Below, one piece after another: positions 1 through 10,800 of a stretch of DNA of 38,802 nucleotides. The notes beneath the pieces are model-generated. The model did no database searches. It was given only the letters and a program-made list of their open reading frames with translations, and was not told the origin of the DNA. Source of the stretch: Caldisphaera sp. (GTDB lineage Archaea; Thermoproteota; Thermoprotei_A; Sulfolobales; Acidilobaceae). The position numbers and the translations under genes are program-made. The stretch is taken from positions 1 to 38,802 of the forward strand of contig JBMFKU010000012.1 of the NCBI GenBank assembly GCA_049971805.1, in the 5' to 3' direction. Each line of letters starts with the position of its first letter. Within the stretch, counting starts at the first letter, position 1.

Positions 1-65
1 GATTATTTTTAAAACAAACCTTAAAAGCATTACCCCCTAGAAGGGTGAGGCTTGTCATTTGTTTT
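1..65 (-). mobile_element. Left end of an IS200/IS605-family element, cut by the window edge
   Basis: TTATTTTTAAAACAAACCTTAA..GCATTACC is shared with 36961-36992. The minus strand aligns with 23782-23840 and carries an imperfect hairpin. TGAC flanks it at 66-69 (minus). Confidence 0.75.
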
Positions 66-124
66 GTCATTTTATTTATAGCCATATTTATTAATATTTT
101 AATTAAAAATTTATAATCAATCTA

Positions 125-460
125 TTATGTTTTTATAACCCTCTTTGCTAATCTTATTGCTCCATTTATATATTTACTTGAATTGTTTGGATAAAATAAT
201 TTTCCTTTAAAATATTTATTATAACAATCTATACAAACTCTCCTAACATTATCTATCTGAACTGAATCTTTATCACATATTAACCTTCCACATATAGGAC
301 AAAACGTTATTGATAATCGCTCATGACATATTTCACATAACAGCGATGAACATATCTTGCATATTCCTTTATTTTTATTATAGTCGTCTTCGCATACCTT
401 TCTTTTACATATTTTGCATTCATATTTAGCCTCCTTTTCATCGCAAATCTCGCATTTCAT
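125..460 (-). CDS. Small multi-zinc-finger protein
   Basis: 111 aa with repeated CxxC pairs (CEIC, CKIC, CKIC, CEIC, CPIC, CIDC) in two similar modules. Confidence 0.8.
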   Translation of the reverse strand: MKCEICDEKEAKYECKICKRKVCEDDYNKNKGICKICSSLLCEICHERLSITFCPICGRLICDKDSVQIDNVRRVCIDCYNKYFKGKLFYPNNSSKYINGAIRLAKRVIKT

Positions 461-524
461 TCTTTTTACTCACTTCTTGCTCTACTTGAACTTTTCCCTA
501 AGGTCAAGATTTGTCTTTATTTTA

Positions 525-583
525 TCAGATGGATTAGGACTCCTCATTGGTTTCCCTTGGCCAGTCCGGGTTCTTCTCTTCAT
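525..583 (-). ncRNA. Candidate box C/D guide sRNA (alternatively a 33-aa basic micro-ORF at 482..583)
   Basis: Minus strand: ATGAAGA (C-like), 12 nt, CTGG (D'-like), linker, ATGAGGA (C'-like), 12 nt, CTGA (D). Locally GC-richer, with TTTTAAAC about 25 nt upstream. Confidence 0.45.
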
Positions 584-681
584 TCCAAATTTCTTATTAA
601 TATTAGACGTTTAAAACTATTTCTAAAAATAACGAACCAAAAACATATTAAAACATGAAAGCAAACTGTAAGAATGCATTA

Positions 682-1926
682 TTATTTACATTTGAATACT
701 TCTTTTGAATTAACATCCCTATCAACTACACAACCTGGATATATTAAAGCATATGATCCTATCTTTTTTCCAGGCAAAATAGAGACATTAATTCCAGTTT
801 GCGAATTTCCACCCATAACAACACCAAGTTTTTCCATCTTAGTATCTATAATTTCATTTTTTACCATCATCTTTATTGGTTTATGATCAAATCTTAGATT
901 AGCAGTTATAGTTCCTGCACCTAAATTTACATTTTCTCCTATTATGCTGTCTCCAACATAATTAAAATGCGGTAATTTTGCTTCTTCCATCACTATAGAT
1001 CCTTTTACTTCAACAGAGTAACCTACTTTTGCATTACTAAGTATAACAGTATATGGTCTAATATGTGTACATGGTCCTATCTTAACGTTTTCAGAAATAT
1101 ACACTGGTCCTTCAATTACAACATATGGTCCGATTTTAGATCCCTTTCCTATAAGCACATTCCCATCAATTACAGCTGTCTTATCAACCGTGCCATTGAT
1201 TTCTGGTTTTGTAATTTCTTCATCTATTGCAAGCCTATTAGCGATTAATAAATCCCATGGCTTGCCTATATCCTGCCAACTATTTTTATCAATTTCTAAA
1301 ACATCTACATCAAACGACGATATTATTTGCTTTAAAGCATCAGTTACTTCATATTCTCCTCTTAGAGATTTTTTTAAATTGTCCAAATAATGTTTAATTT
1401 CATATGGTAAATTTAATATACCACCAAAAATTTTATTTGAGTTAAAATAATTCTGGCTTTTTGGTTTTTCGATAATATCTTTCAATATACCATCTTGAGT
1501 TTTTATTATACCATAATTCCATGGATCATCAACTCCCGTTGCTACTATTCCAGGGTTTTTTAAACTAACAAGTCTTTCATAGATTTTTTTAGATAAATAA
1601 ACATCTGAATATACTATTAAATAATCAGCATTTCCGCCATTTTCCATAGCAATTTTTATAGCATGCCCTGTTCCTTTTTCTTCTATTTGATCAACAAATT
1701 TTATATTATTCAAATTTGAGCAACTTTTAATTGCATTAATTACTTGATCCTTCATATAAGAAACAATAACTATTATTTCATCAAAATTAAAATACTTGGT
1801 TATTTCATTGATATGCCTGCATATTAAAGGTTGCCCCAATATAGGCATCAGTGTTTTTTGTCTGGTTTCTGTAAGCGGTCTGAGCCTTTCTCCCTTTCCC
1901 GCTGCCATTAAAACCAGTTTCTTCAT
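682..1926 (-). CDS. glmU: Bifunctional sugar-1-phosphate nucleotidylyltransferase/acetyltransferase (archaeal GlmU-like)
   Basis: LMAAGKGERLRPLT nucleotidyltransferase motif plus C-terminal hexapeptide repeats (HFNYVGDSIIGENVNLGAGTITANLRFD). Confidence 0.85.
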   Translation of the reverse strand: MKKLVLMAAGKGERLRPLTETRQKTLMPILGQPLICRHINEITKYFNFDEIIVIVSYMKDQVINAIKSCSNLNNIKFVDQIEEKGTGHAIKIAMENGGNADYLIVYSDVYLSKKIYERLVSLKNPGIVATGVDDPWNYGIIKTQDGILKDIIEKPKSQNYFNSNKIFGGILNLPYEIKHYLDNLKKSLRGEYEVTDALKQIISSFDVDVLEIDKNSWQDIGKPWDLLIANRLAIDEEITKPEINGTVDKTAVIDGNVLIGKGSKIGPYVVIEGPVYISENVKIGPCTHIRPYTVILSNAKVGYSVEVKGSIVMEEAKLPHFNYVGDSIIGENVNLGAGTITANLRFDHKPIKMMVKNEIIDTKMEKLGVVMGGNSQTGINVSILPGKKIGSYALIYPGCVVDRDVNSKEVFKCK

Positions 1927-1938
1927 AATTTACACCTT

Positions 1939-2823
1939 TTAATATGCTCTTCTCACTAACCATGGATACTGATTTCTATCTATTTCTATAAATTTCATAG
2001 ATTCTAGAGAGCCTAAATAACCCATAATACTTCTAGTAGCTACGAATAAAAGCAATCCGCCTAAGCTTGGATATAACTTAGGCAACAACATTGTTACAGG
2101 AATCCAATCGTAGCCAATCATAGAGTTTAATTGAATAAGCTTTTTTTGTTTTCCTAAAATAATATCGCTCAGCCATTTTACTGCCTCACTTCTATTAATA
2201 TCAGGTCCGTGACCTGGATGCACATATAGCCAATCAATTCTGCTTAATAGATTCATCATTGATTCATAGTATTTTATAAAGTCTAGAAGAGTTATACCCC
2301 CTCCGGGTAATATGTTGTCACCAGGAAATAAGTGATTTCCTATAACATAACATAAATGATCGTCACTGTGACCTGGGCATTGTATGTAATTTACTATATT
2401 TCCTTGTATTGGTGGGCATTCATTTATTGTTAATATAGTATTATAATCAAGGGCTTGTTGAATTTCATCATAGTAATAAGATGTTTTATCTACAATTTCT
2501 TCAATATCACTTGGCAAGGCGTCTTTTTTATAACCGAATATATCCGCAATTCTTATTAAGCTTTCTTTAAAGCCTCCCTTTTTGATCTGTGCATATGTTT
2601 CTTTTCCCATACAAATTGTTTTATCCTTTAAACCTGCTATACCATAAGAATGATCCCAATGACCATGAGTAAGCAAAATATAATCTATTTTACCAAAATC
2701 TTTAAGCGAACTTTTTGTTGCACCTGCATCTATAGAAAGCGTCAAATTATCTGCTCGTATTATATAATTATTTGCAGGCCTATCTAATGGTACATTATAA
2801 CTCTCAAGCTTTTCTATTTTCAC
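1939..2823 (-). CDS. Metallo-beta-lactamase fold hydrolase
   Basis: THGHWDH, PGHSDDH, FPGD and PGHG motifs. Confidence 0.85.
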   Translation of the reverse strand: MKIEKLESYNVPLDRPANNYIIRADNLTLSIDAGATKSSLKDFGKIDYILLTHGHWDHSYGIAGLKDKTICMGKETYAQIKKGGFKESLIRIADIFGYKKDALPSDIEEIVDKTSYYYDEIQQALDYNTILTINECPPIQGNIVNYIQCPGHSDDHLCYVIGNHLFPGDNILPGGGITLLDFIKYYESMMNLLSRIDWLYVHPGHGPDINRSEAVKWLSDIILGKQKKLIQLNSMIGYDWIPVTMLLPKLYPSLGGLLLFVATRSIMGYLGSLESMKFIEIDRNQYPWLVRRAY

Positions 2824-3008
2824 TATTTTATCCCGATAGAGATCATGATAAAAAGGAGTTAAAAAACAATATATTTTTATTTCAAAATCAACTTTTAGCT
2901 AAAATTTTTTATAATCTTTAAGTCTATAAATTTTTTATTAAATTTAATTATATTTGTACCATAGTGCTTATAAATAAACTATACAGTTAATTTGATGGTG
3001 AAAAGGTT

Positions 3009-3431
3009 TTGGTAGAAAGAACCCTGCTCTTGGTAAAACCTGATGGAGTTCGTCGTGGTTTAATTGGAGAAGTAATTTCAAGATTAGAGAAGAAAGGACT
3101 CAAAATAATAGCTTTAAAGATGATAAAAATGGATAAAAATATGGGAGAGGAATTTTACTCTGTACATAGAGACAAGCCATTTTATGATGATTTAGTTAAC
3201 TTTATAATAAGTGGACCGATTGTAGCAATAATTTTAGAAGGTGATTCGGCCATATCAGTCGTTAGATTAATTATAGGAAGTACTGATGGCAGAAAAGCCC
3301 AACCAGGCACAATAAGAGGGGATTTTGCTCTATCAATACAAGACAATGTAGTACATGCTAGTGATTCTCAAGAAAGTTTCGAAAGAGAATATAAAATCAT
3401 ATTTAAAGAAAATGAAATTATTGACTACTAA
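3009..3431 (+). CDS. ndk: Nucleoside diphosphate kinase
   Basis: [13 protein letters not shown] and NVVHASDS (phospho-His) motifs. Confidence 0.97.
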   Translation: MVERTLLLVKPDGVRRGLIGEVISRLEKKGLKIIALKMIKMDKNMGEEFYSVHRDKPFYDDLVNFIISGPIVAIILEGDSAISVVRLIIGSTDGRKAQPGTIRGDFALSIQDNVVHASDSQESFEREYKIIFKENEIIDY

Positions 3432-5295
3432 TCTTTTTTTCCATAACGTCCTTTATTTTTGATAAAACCAGATTATAATCTTTATTGCCAGCATTTTTCT
3501 TAATTTCAGAAATTTCTTTCAATATCAAAATTTCCTCATCACTAATAATTGATTTAAATTCTGTTAATAGCTTTAATGCATGATCTGAAGGTACATCAGT
3601 ATAAATTATATCACCTTCGCTTATATGCCTTCCAACCAATATTTTGCCTTCTATAGATACTGCAATAGACATACCTGTCCTTGCCAAATTAAGACTTTTT
3701 TCTCTATCTTTTATTGCCATTATCTTGCCAACTTCCTTACCTTTTTCATTGATCAAAGGATAACCGGGCTTAATAATGCCACCCTCTACTTCCACACCTA
3801 CAATAGCAGGATCGCTTCTTCTAAACACGTAACCCGGTAGAACTTTGAATTTCCCAGGCCTAATCAGGGAATCTAGTTGTTTTTGAATTTCTTCATATTT
3901 CAATGAATCTCTCCATTGCTTGTAATCATCTAGCAAATGATATATTATATTATTTTGAAATATTTTCACATTACTTAGGCTTGCTTCTTGTTCTGCTTCT
4001 GAAAGCACCTTTACATTAAAAGCTAGGATAGCACCCAATGATCTATCCTTTTTAGATGTAAGATGTGCCTCTAATATATCGGATTTTGTCACATTTCCTA
4101 TATCCGCTATTCTTATTGGTATATTCATTCTTTTTAAAGCCTCGATCAATGCTTCTAAGGTTCCTAAGGTATCTGCCTTAACTACTATTCCATTTGTATC
4201 TGCCTTAAATATTAGTTCTTTAACTTCATGTTTTAAGCTATCCGCTAAAGATTTTGCTTCAATAAGATCATTAGCAACATAAATTGAAGAACCTGCTAAT
4301 GCATCATCTAAGCCTGATGCAGAAATCCTTACTCCAGCCGCAGCATAAACTTCTGGAACACTTATAAATCTTGTTCCCTTTGCCCTTATATCGCTAAGAG
4401 GTGCTGGCATTAATAATGATCTGACAGTAGTTATGATAGGTTCGTTTTTCCCATTTAATACTATTATATCACCTGTTTTTATTACGCCCTCATATATTAT
4501 TACATCTATAGCTGTGCCTAAACCTTCTATTTCTTTAACCTCTAATATAGAACCCTTTGCTGGTCCTACTGCAAAAACTAATTTATTTTTAAGATATTGC
4601 TGAGTTAATCCAGCTAAAACAGCCAATAAATCTGGAATACCCTCTCCTAACTTGGCAGACACTGGTACTATTGCTATAGTTTTTGTAAAATCTTTTATTT
4701 TAGAATACATATCTGATTGAAATCCAGCCTCAGAAAGTTTTGAAACTATTTCTCCATATATGACCTTTTCTAGCTCTTCCTTTGCTCTGTTTGATTGTCT
4801 TTGGTAAGAAACTATAAAAGGTTCATCTGGTGAAGCTTCCCAGCCAGGAAGTCTATCAATTTTATTTGCGGCAACCAAAAATGGTACCTTTTTGGATTTT
4901 AAAAGATCTATAGCCTCATAAGTTTGATCTTGTAATCCTTTTGTCAAATCTATAACTAATATAGCAAAATCTGCTATACTTCCTCCTCTCTTTCTAAGAT
5001 TTGAAAATAATTCATGGCCTGGAGTATCTATAAAAAGCAATCCTGGAATGTTAAGTTTTATTGGAACGTATTTTTTTAAAGGCTCAGCAATTTTTTCTAT
5101 AACTTCTGATGGCACAACGCTGGCTCCTATATGCTGAGTTATTCCGCCAGCTTCTCTTGCAGCTATGGCAGTACTTCTAATCTTGTCCAACAAGGTTGTT
5201 TTACCATGATCTACATGACCTAACACCACTACTATTGGTTGTCTTAATTTTCTTTTTTGTTCATCTTGTTGATCAATTTTACTCATCGCTAACAC
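3418..5295 (-). CDS. infB: Translation initiation factor aIF5B (IF-2)
   Basis: [36 protein letters not shown] and [12 protein letters not shown]. Confidence 0.97.
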   Translation of the reverse strand: MLAMSKIDQQDEQKRKLRQPIVVVLGHVDHGKTTLLDKIRSTAIAAREAGGITQHIGASVVPSEVIEKIAEPLKKYVPIKLNIPGLLFIDTPGHELFSNLRKRGGSIADFAILVIDLTKGLQDQTYEAIDLLKSKKVPFLVAANKIDRLPGWEASPDEPFIVSYQRQSNRAKEELEKVIYGEIVSKLSEAGFQSDMYSKIKDFTKTIAIVPVSAKLGEGIPDLLAVLAGLTQQYLKNKLVFAVGPAKGSILEVKEIEGLGTAIDVIIYEGVIKTGDIIVLNGKNEPIITTVRSLLMPAPLSDIRAKGTRFISVPEVYAAAGVRISASGLDDALAGSSIYVANDLIEAKSLADSLKHEVKELIFKADTNGIVVKADTLGTLEALIEALKRMNIPIRIADIGNVTKSDILEAHLTSKKDRSLGAILAFNVKVLSEAEQEASLSNVKIFQNNIIYHLLDDYKQWRDSLKYEEIQKQLDSLIRPGKFKVLPGYVFRRSDPAIVGVEVEGGIIKPGYPLINEKGKEVGKIMAIKDREKSLNLARTGMSIAVSIEGKILVGRHISEGDIIYTDVPSDHALKLLTEFKSIISDEEILILKEISEIKKNAGNKDYNLVLSKIKDVMEKKISSQ

Positions 5296-5339
5296 CTAAA
5301 ATAACTTATTTTTATAAAGTTTAATATTAGCTAGGAATT

Positions 5340-6068
5340 TTATGCTTGCTGAGCTTCTTGGCTGATTTCAGGATAGCTTATTTCAACATTCAATTGAGCA
5401 AGTGCTGTTTTTCTCCTTTCTGCTCTTGGATCTGGAACCATACGACCTCTAACAGTTTTCTTTTTTCTTAAACCTTTTTCTGTTGGATGAAATCCTGGAG
5501 GACCTGATAATAATACCTTCTTTCTTACTGCTCCTGGTATGCCTGGATGCATGGGAAAACCAGTGGCATCGCTTCCTCCCCTAATTTTTAGCTTAATTTG
5601 ATCAAAACCTATTAATGATCCATCAAATTCGTCCCCTATTTCTAAACCAGAAATCTTAATCATTATATCTTCTGGAACTGATAACTGAAAAGCTTTAGCT
5701 CTAAATGCATATGCATCGGCTTCATTAGCTCCTGCAATCTCACCTAATAGTTCAGAATTAATCCAAGCCTCATTTTCAGGAACATCATCAGATATAATAA
5801 CCCTAAATGATAGGTTAGTTTTTCCTCCTTCTTTTTTAATGCTAAGTGTTAAGACTCCTACCTCATTTAATTTTAACTCATCAGCAACCTTTTTGCTAAC
5901 TTTAGCCTTTGGCAGTTCTCTTCTTTCTTGCTCTTTGGTTTTTTTCATTTCGTTGGTAACTTTTAATGCTTCATCATTAGATCCCTTTACTTTTACTTCA
6001 ACTTTTTTATTTCCTGCTTTTGGATCTGAAACAACTATCCTTAATGGTGGTCTTTCTTCAGCTGGCAC
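5340..6068 (-). CDS. rps6e: 30S ribosomal protein S6e, long crenarchaeal form (GTG start at 6068 inferred; ORF open to 6107)
   Basis: IVVSDPK ... LKIRGGSDATGFPMHPGIPG ... GLRKKKTVRG ... QLN. GGTGA SD lies before the GTG. Confidence 0.92.
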   Translation of the reverse strand: MPAEERPPLRIVVSDPKAGNKKVEVKVKGSNDEALKVTNEMKKTKEQERRELPKAKVSKKVADELKLNEVGVLTLSIKKEGGKTNLSFRVIISDDVPENEAWINSELLGEIAGANEADAYAFRAKAFQLSVPEDIMIKISGLEIGDEFDGSLIGFDQIKLKIRGGSDATGFPMHPGIPGAVRKKVLLSGPPGFHPTEKGLRKKKTVRGRMVPDPRAERRKTALAQLNVEISYPEISQEAQQA

Positions 6069-6315
6069 CTTTTTCACCCAACTTGTACTTATTACTCTCT
6101 CCCTCATTAAACATAAAACGCTGCTTTTAAATGCTTTTAGTCTTACACATTTAGTTTAATAAACAATAAAATAGCTGAAATTAAATTGTTTTTAAAGAGC
6201 CTTTGTATCTATTCGGTTTGCATCTTTTTGAAAATATAAAATAATAACCAAATAATTCTACCATTTCTTATACAACTTGTTTGAAACAAAGATATTTTTA
6301 AATAATTTTATTGGT

Positions 6316-6981
6316 TTATTGATGTGCTGCTACCTGCTCCTCTTCTCTTACCTCTGTAGCTTTAGAAGCAAAATTAGGTATCTCAACAACCTTTTGTTTT
6401 ATTATTTCTACTTTCCTAACATTGCATATTTTCTTTACCCCTTTAGCTATATCCTGTGCAATGCTACCTTCTTGTTCGCTAAACACTGAGACCTTTACAA
6501 ATTCATCAAAGGTTGACTGACTTGCTTTACTTTCTATCATATCTCTCATTAGTCTTCTTATGGTTTGTTTTTGGCTTGTTTTGCATCTGTATTGAGTAAA
6601 TACAGCTGCAGTCACTCTTATCTTAACATTATCTTTGGTAACTACATTTAATATTATCGATATTTTGCTACTTTTTCTTCTAGTTAAACTCCTTAAATAA
6701 TCTCTTAACAACTCATGACCTTTAAATACCGTATAAGCATTTCCTTCACTAATATTAATTACCTGAAACTTTAGTTTTGTATTTACATGAGAATAATCTC
6801 CAGTTATATCAAATAACGTTACTTCAACCGTACGTCTTAATAACTTCTCCTCTGAATCGGAAGGGGTCATTCCTATTTGAATTTTTCCAAATACCTCTGG
6901 AGAAATTACATTGTACCACTTCTTTAATTTCCATGTATCCTTAACTGCAGCTTTAGACTTCTGCCTTGGCAAACCAAACAC
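6316..6981 (-). CDS. rps3ae: 30S ribosomal protein S3Ae
   Basis: KDTWKLKKWY, RTVEVTL, FKGHELLRDYLRSLTRRKSSKI and RKVEIIK. Confidence 0.95.
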   Translation of the reverse strand: MFGLPRQKSKAAVKDTWKLKKWYNVISPEVFGKIQIGMTPSDSEEKLLRRTVEVTLFDITGDYSHVNTKLKFQVINISEGNAYTVFKGHELLRDYLRSLTRRKSSKISIILNVVTKDNVKIRVTAAVFTQYRCKTSQKQTIRRLMRDMIESKASQSTFDEFVKVSVFSEQEGSIAQDIAKGVKKICNVRKVEIIKQKVVEIPNFASKATEVREEEQVAAHQ

Positions 6982-7201
6982 ACCTAATTTCTGTTCGCTT
7001 TTTTTAGGTTAAAAATTAGAGCTTTTAAATGCATTAGGTTATATTAAAGAAATTTTAACGTCTGTCTATATATTAAGGCAAGATTTTATGCTTACCTATA
7101 ATTACGATATTTTGTTTAAGTTATTGATCGCAACAACTTTTATTAATTTACTCACCTAATAAATGTAGAAGTTTGTCTTTACTTTATCATGATACTAAAA
7201 A

Positions 7202-7909
7202 TTAAAATAATCCTCCCATTTGGTTAAGCTCGTTTGAAACTTCATCTAAGTCTTTATGTGTGTCTATACTCCTCCAATAATACTTAGGTAATTCAAATTT
7301 GATTGCTACCATTTTCCCTTCATTGGCTAGCTTAGGAAATGTTGTAGATTCTATATCACCATTATCAGGCAAATACTCAGCTATTTGAGGTCTAAATGCA
7401 TAGACTCCTGCGTTTATCCAATAGTCATAAAGGATAGGCTTTTCTTTAAATCCTTTAACTAGACCACTACTATCAATATCTAATACACCGTATGGGCTCC
7501 TTAATGGCACTACAGCCATTACAGCTATTATTTGATTATCAAGTGCATCAAATAGCGTATTTGGATTTATATTTGTAATTATATCTCCATTAGTTACTAA
7601 AAATTTCTCTGTATTTTTAAAAATGTATTTTGCTTTTTTTAATGCACCCCCTGTACCCAGAGGTTCGTCTTCAACAACATATGATATTGAAACCCCATAC
7701 TTAGTTCCGCTCCCTAGCTCTTCTATTAATTTCTCCTTATGATATCCAGCAAGCATTATGATTTCGTCTACACCAAAGTGCTTAAGCCATTCTAATTGAT
7801 AGACAACAACAGGCTTGTCATTAATTGCTATTAAAGGCTTTGGTTTATCTAATGTTAGAGGTCTAAGTCTTTTCCCATACCCCCCAGCCAATATCAATGC
7901 AAGACTCAT
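7202..7909 (-). CDS. NDP-sugar synthase / sugar-phosphate nucleotidyltransferase
   Basis: LAGGYGKRLRPLT..PKPL, EDEPLGTGG, NGD, FKEKP and INAGVY. Confidence 0.9.
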   Translation of the reverse strand: MSLALILAGGYGKRLRPLTLDKPKPLIAINDKPVVVYQLEWLKHFGVDEIIMLAGYHKEKLIEELGSGTKYGVSISYVVEDEPLGTGGALKKAKYIFKNTEKFLVTNGDIITNINPNTLFDALDNQIIAVMAVVPLRSPYGVLDIDSSGLVKGFKEKPILYDYWINAGVYAFRPQIAEYLPDNGDIESTTFPKLANEGKMVAIKFELPKYYWRSIDTHKDLDEVSNELNQMGGLF

Positions 7910-7932
7910 CTATATTACCTCTATAAAATTGA

Positions 7933-8004
7933 TGCCGCCGCGGGGACTTGAACCCCGGACCGCCCGGTCTTCAGCCGGGCGCTCTCCCACTGAGCTACGG
8001 CGGC
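7933..8004 (-). tRNA. tRNA-Phe(GAA), intronless, CCA not encoded
   Basis: Cloverleaf with acceptor GCCGCCG/CGGCGGC, D arm GCTC/GAGC, anticodon arm CCCGG-CTGAAGA-CCGGG and T loop TTCAAGT. Confidence 0.97.
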
Positions 8005-8030
8005 CCCATTCTTGTATTTTAGCAACTGAA

Positions 8031-8038
8031 ATTTAAAA
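8031..8038 (-). promoter_or_regulatory. TATA box of tRNA-Phe
   Basis: TTTTAAAT about 27 nt upstream of the mature 5' end, preceded by a purine-rich stretch. Confidence 0.5.
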
Positions 8039-8079
8039 GCATCTTACTTCTTAAAATTTTATGAAAATTTAAAACTTCT

Positions 8080-8490
8080 TTAAGAAACATTATCCCATTC
8101 CAATTCTAATCCGGATCTTGAATTTCTAAAATAAATGGTAGGAACTCCTATTAATCTAAGCCTGCCCCTGAGCTCTTTATCACTGGTAACAACATAGACA
8201 TCGTTTTCATTGTTTCTTAATGAGTAAGCAACATAAAATATAGAATCATCCGCATCTGCTATATTATCTGTGTTTATTATAGTTAGTTTATCTTTCACCA
8301 AACTAAGTGCAAATTTTATTGCTTTTGATATCGCTTTTGAATTATTTTCTGATAAGTTGTTTAGCTCATTTATTACAGTAGATGTTGTTACTAAATCAAA
8401 TCTTCTTTCTATTAATCTTTCAAGCATAGAGCAGGTAATTATACCTTTTCCCATCATTATTATTGTATTTGAATCTAAAATAACTTTCAC
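8080..8490 (-). CDS. PIN-domain ribonuclease (Fcf1/Utp24-like)
   Basis: ILDSN, NEL, ADD and VTSDKELR acidic motifs. Overlaps the aIF2-gamma stop, a common archaeal pairing. Confidence 0.85.
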   Translation of the reverse strand: MKVILDSNTIIMMGKGIITCSMLERLIERRFDLVTTSTVINELNNLSENNSKAISKAIKFALSLVKDKLTIINTDNIADADDSIFYVAYSLRNNENDVYVVTSDKELRGRLRLIGVPTIYFRNSRSGLELEWDNVS

Positions 8491-9752
8491 TTATTTATTA
8501 GCCCCCAACCTATTAATCTCCATCTACCAGCTATTCTTCTGCTTATAGCAACTCTTAAACCCTTCCATGCAACCACGGGTCTTTTAAGCTTTATTTCCAC
8601 AAGCTCTTTATTGAACGATATTACAGAACCTATAGTTAAATTTGATCCTACTGCCAGCATAAGACTCTCTCCTTTAGCAATAGGATCAACCTTAATCTCT
8701 TCTTTTGTGCCTACAACGTTTTTAAATAAGTTATATGTTATTTCTATCTCTTCATATGTAGGAGGTATTGAACCTGGCTTTCCTACAACGTTCCCAACTA
8801 AGTTATCAGACCTTGTCATAGAAGGATCAAGTTTGGTACATATAGCTACTAAACCACCAGGCCTTGCCTCATTAACTTCATACTTTCCAAATCTCAGACT
8901 AACTATTTCTGATCTAATTGGCTCGTATTTAACTTGACCACCTGATCCCTTAACCATTATGCCAGGACTTATTTCTATCTCATCTCCAACCTTAAATTTC
9001 CCTTGTATTATGGATCCGCCTAAAATCCCTCCAGATAAATCTTCAGGTTGGGTTCCTGGTTTATTAACATCAAAACTTCTTACAACAAACATTAATGGGT
9101 CCTTCGATTCATCTCTTTTTGGAGTAGGAATAAAAACCTCAATAGCTGCCAATAATGCATCGATATTAACCCTTTTTAATGAACTAACTGGTATTATTGG
9201 AGCATTTTCAGCCCATGTATTGCTCAAAAACTTTTTTATTTCATTATAGCTTTCTTTTGCTCTTTCTTGCGAAACAACATCTATTTTATTTTGCACTACT
9301 ATCAAGTTTCTTATACCTAATATATCTAGTGCCAAGAAATGTTCCAATGTCTGCGGTTGTGGAGCATTTTCGTTAGCTGCTATAACCAATATTGCACCAT
9401 CCATTAAAGCAGCCCCTGAAAGCATAGTTGCCATAAGAATTTCATGACCAGGCGCATCAACATATGATATTCTTCTTCTTAATATAGGATTTGCTTGAGG
9501 TGAGCATTCGCACACTGGCTCTGGCGTATATTTTTCTGGAAATTCACATTCTTTGCACTCCCATATATCGCCGTCGGCATAGCCAAGCTTGATTGTCATA
9601 CCTCTCTTTATTTCTTCACTATGCCTCATCGTCCAAATTCCAGTTAACGCTTGTACAAGTGTAGTTTTTCCATGATCTACATGACCAACTATTCCAACGT
9701 TTACTTCTGGTTGCATTTTTTCTTTCGGTATTTCTGGCAACTCTCTCCCCAA
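8487..9752 (-). CDS. eif2g: Translation initiation factor aIF2 gamma
   Basis: [28 protein letters not shown], Zn knuckle, DAPGHE, RSFDVNKPG and WRLIGWG. Confidence 0.97.
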   Translation of the reverse strand: MGRELPEIPKEKMQPEVNVGIVGHVDHGKTTLVQALTGIWTMRHSEEIKRGMTIKLGYADGDIWECKECEFPEKYTPEPVCECSPQANPILRRRISYVDAPGHEILMATMLSGAALMDGAILVIAANENAPQPQTLEHFLALDILGIRNLIVVQNKIDVVSQERAKESYNEIKKFLSNTWAENAPIIPVSSLKRVNIDALLAAIEVFIPTPKRDESKDPLMFVVRSFDVNKPGTQPEDLSGGILGGSIIQGKFKVGDEIEISPGIMVKGSGGQVKYEPIRSEIVSLRFGKYEVNEARPGGLVAICTKLDPSMTRSDNLVGNVVGKPGSIPPTYEEIEITYNLFKNVVGTKEEIKVDPIAKGESLMLAVGSNLTIGSVISFNKELVEIKLKRPVVAWKGLRVAISRRIAGRWRLIGWGLINK

Positions 9753-9925
9753 TTACTAGTTAACTTGATACCAATTTAAGGGAACAACATTTTTAAATTT
9801 AACCCTAAAGTGATTTCACAGAGTTTAACTGTCATAAAATTGTTTTAAAGATAAACTAAAAATATTTATTAAAATTTAAAATTTCTGCGGTAACGAAATC
9901 TATGAGATACTAAGGTGAAATTAAT

Positions 9926-10402
9926 ATGCCCTTAAATGAAGGAATGGAAGCACCAGATTTTGAGTTAACAACTAGTAATGGAGATAAATTTAGACTTTCA
10001 GACTACAAAGGAAAATTTGTCATACTATATTTTTATCCGAGAGCATTAACATCTGGATGTACAAGAGAAGGTATAAGATTTAATGAATTATATGACGAAT
10101 TTAAGAAGCTTAATGCTGAAATATTTGGAATCTCTAGTGATCCAATCGAGAGGAACAAAAAATTTGCAGAAAAGTATGGATTTAGGTTTCCGTTATTGAG
10201 TGATCCTGATGGTAAAATAATCAAATTATATAAAGTTAAGAAAGAAAACACAAGCTCTTTATCTGCTGAAAGAACAACATATATAATTGATCCTATTAGA
10301 ATTATAGTAAAAGTACTCTATAATTTAAGACCTGCTGAAAAACATGCAGATCAATCACTAGTCGAGGTTAGGAAATTGCTAAATCGCAACGAAACTTATT
10401 AA
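9926..10402 (+). CDS. bcp: Peroxiredoxin, Bcp family
   Basis: YFYPRALTSGCTRE (PxxxTxxC), FPLLSD and ERTTYII. Confidence 0.93.
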   Translation: MPLNEGMEAPDFELTTSNGDKFRLSDYKGKFVILYFYPRALTSGCTREGIRFNELYDEFKKLNAEIFGISSDPIERNKKFAEKYGFRFPLLSDPDGKIIKLYKVKKENTSSLSAERTTYIIDPIRIIVKVLYNLRPAEKHADQSLVEVRKLLNRNETY

Positions 10403-10455
10403 ATTCCAATAAAAATTTATAAAAACACATATCATAATAATACTTGGGAAATAAT

Positions 10456-10719
10456 ATGGATTCAAACAGTAACAATATAAAATGTGTTGCTACATTACGC
10501 ATAGAAAGCGAAGATTCCAATAATATAGTTAAATCGTTAATTCCTGATAATATAAAGGATTTGCCTCCCTTTATTAAGATTAAATGTGATGACATCAATA
10601 ATGTTATATTATGTAATATAGAAATAACTGATTGTAATGATCCAAAAAGAATATTGAGTTTAAAAAATACAATAGATGACATATTAATAAACATAAGAGC
10701 CATAATAGATAGCATTTAA
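10456..10719 (+). CDS. pcc1: KEOPS complex subunit Pcc1 (ATG at 10456; ORF open from 10444)
   Basis: Small size, SLIPDN and SLKNTIDDIL pattern, and position next to the GAN-like gene and rps15. Confidence 0.7.
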   Translation: MDSNSNNIKCVATLRIESEDSNNIVKSLIPDNIKDLPPFIKIKCDDINNVILCNIEITDCNDPKRILSLKNTIDDILINIRAIIDSI

Positions 10720-10800
10720 AATTGTAAAATAAATATCAAATCTAATTTTAGAATATGAAGATCCTAGAAATTATTTAATATTAATTATATTATAATTATG

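Noticed and set aside
5700-6010. Large insertion in S6e
   Set aside because: Long S6e forms are, to my recollection, usual in Sulfolobales/Desulfurococcales.
7933-8004. tRNA as an integration site
   Set aside because: No integrase and no duplicated tRNA end seen in the window.
7815-8036. 73-aa ORF
   Set aside because: It is the antisense reading of tRNA-Phe and the neighbouring gene.
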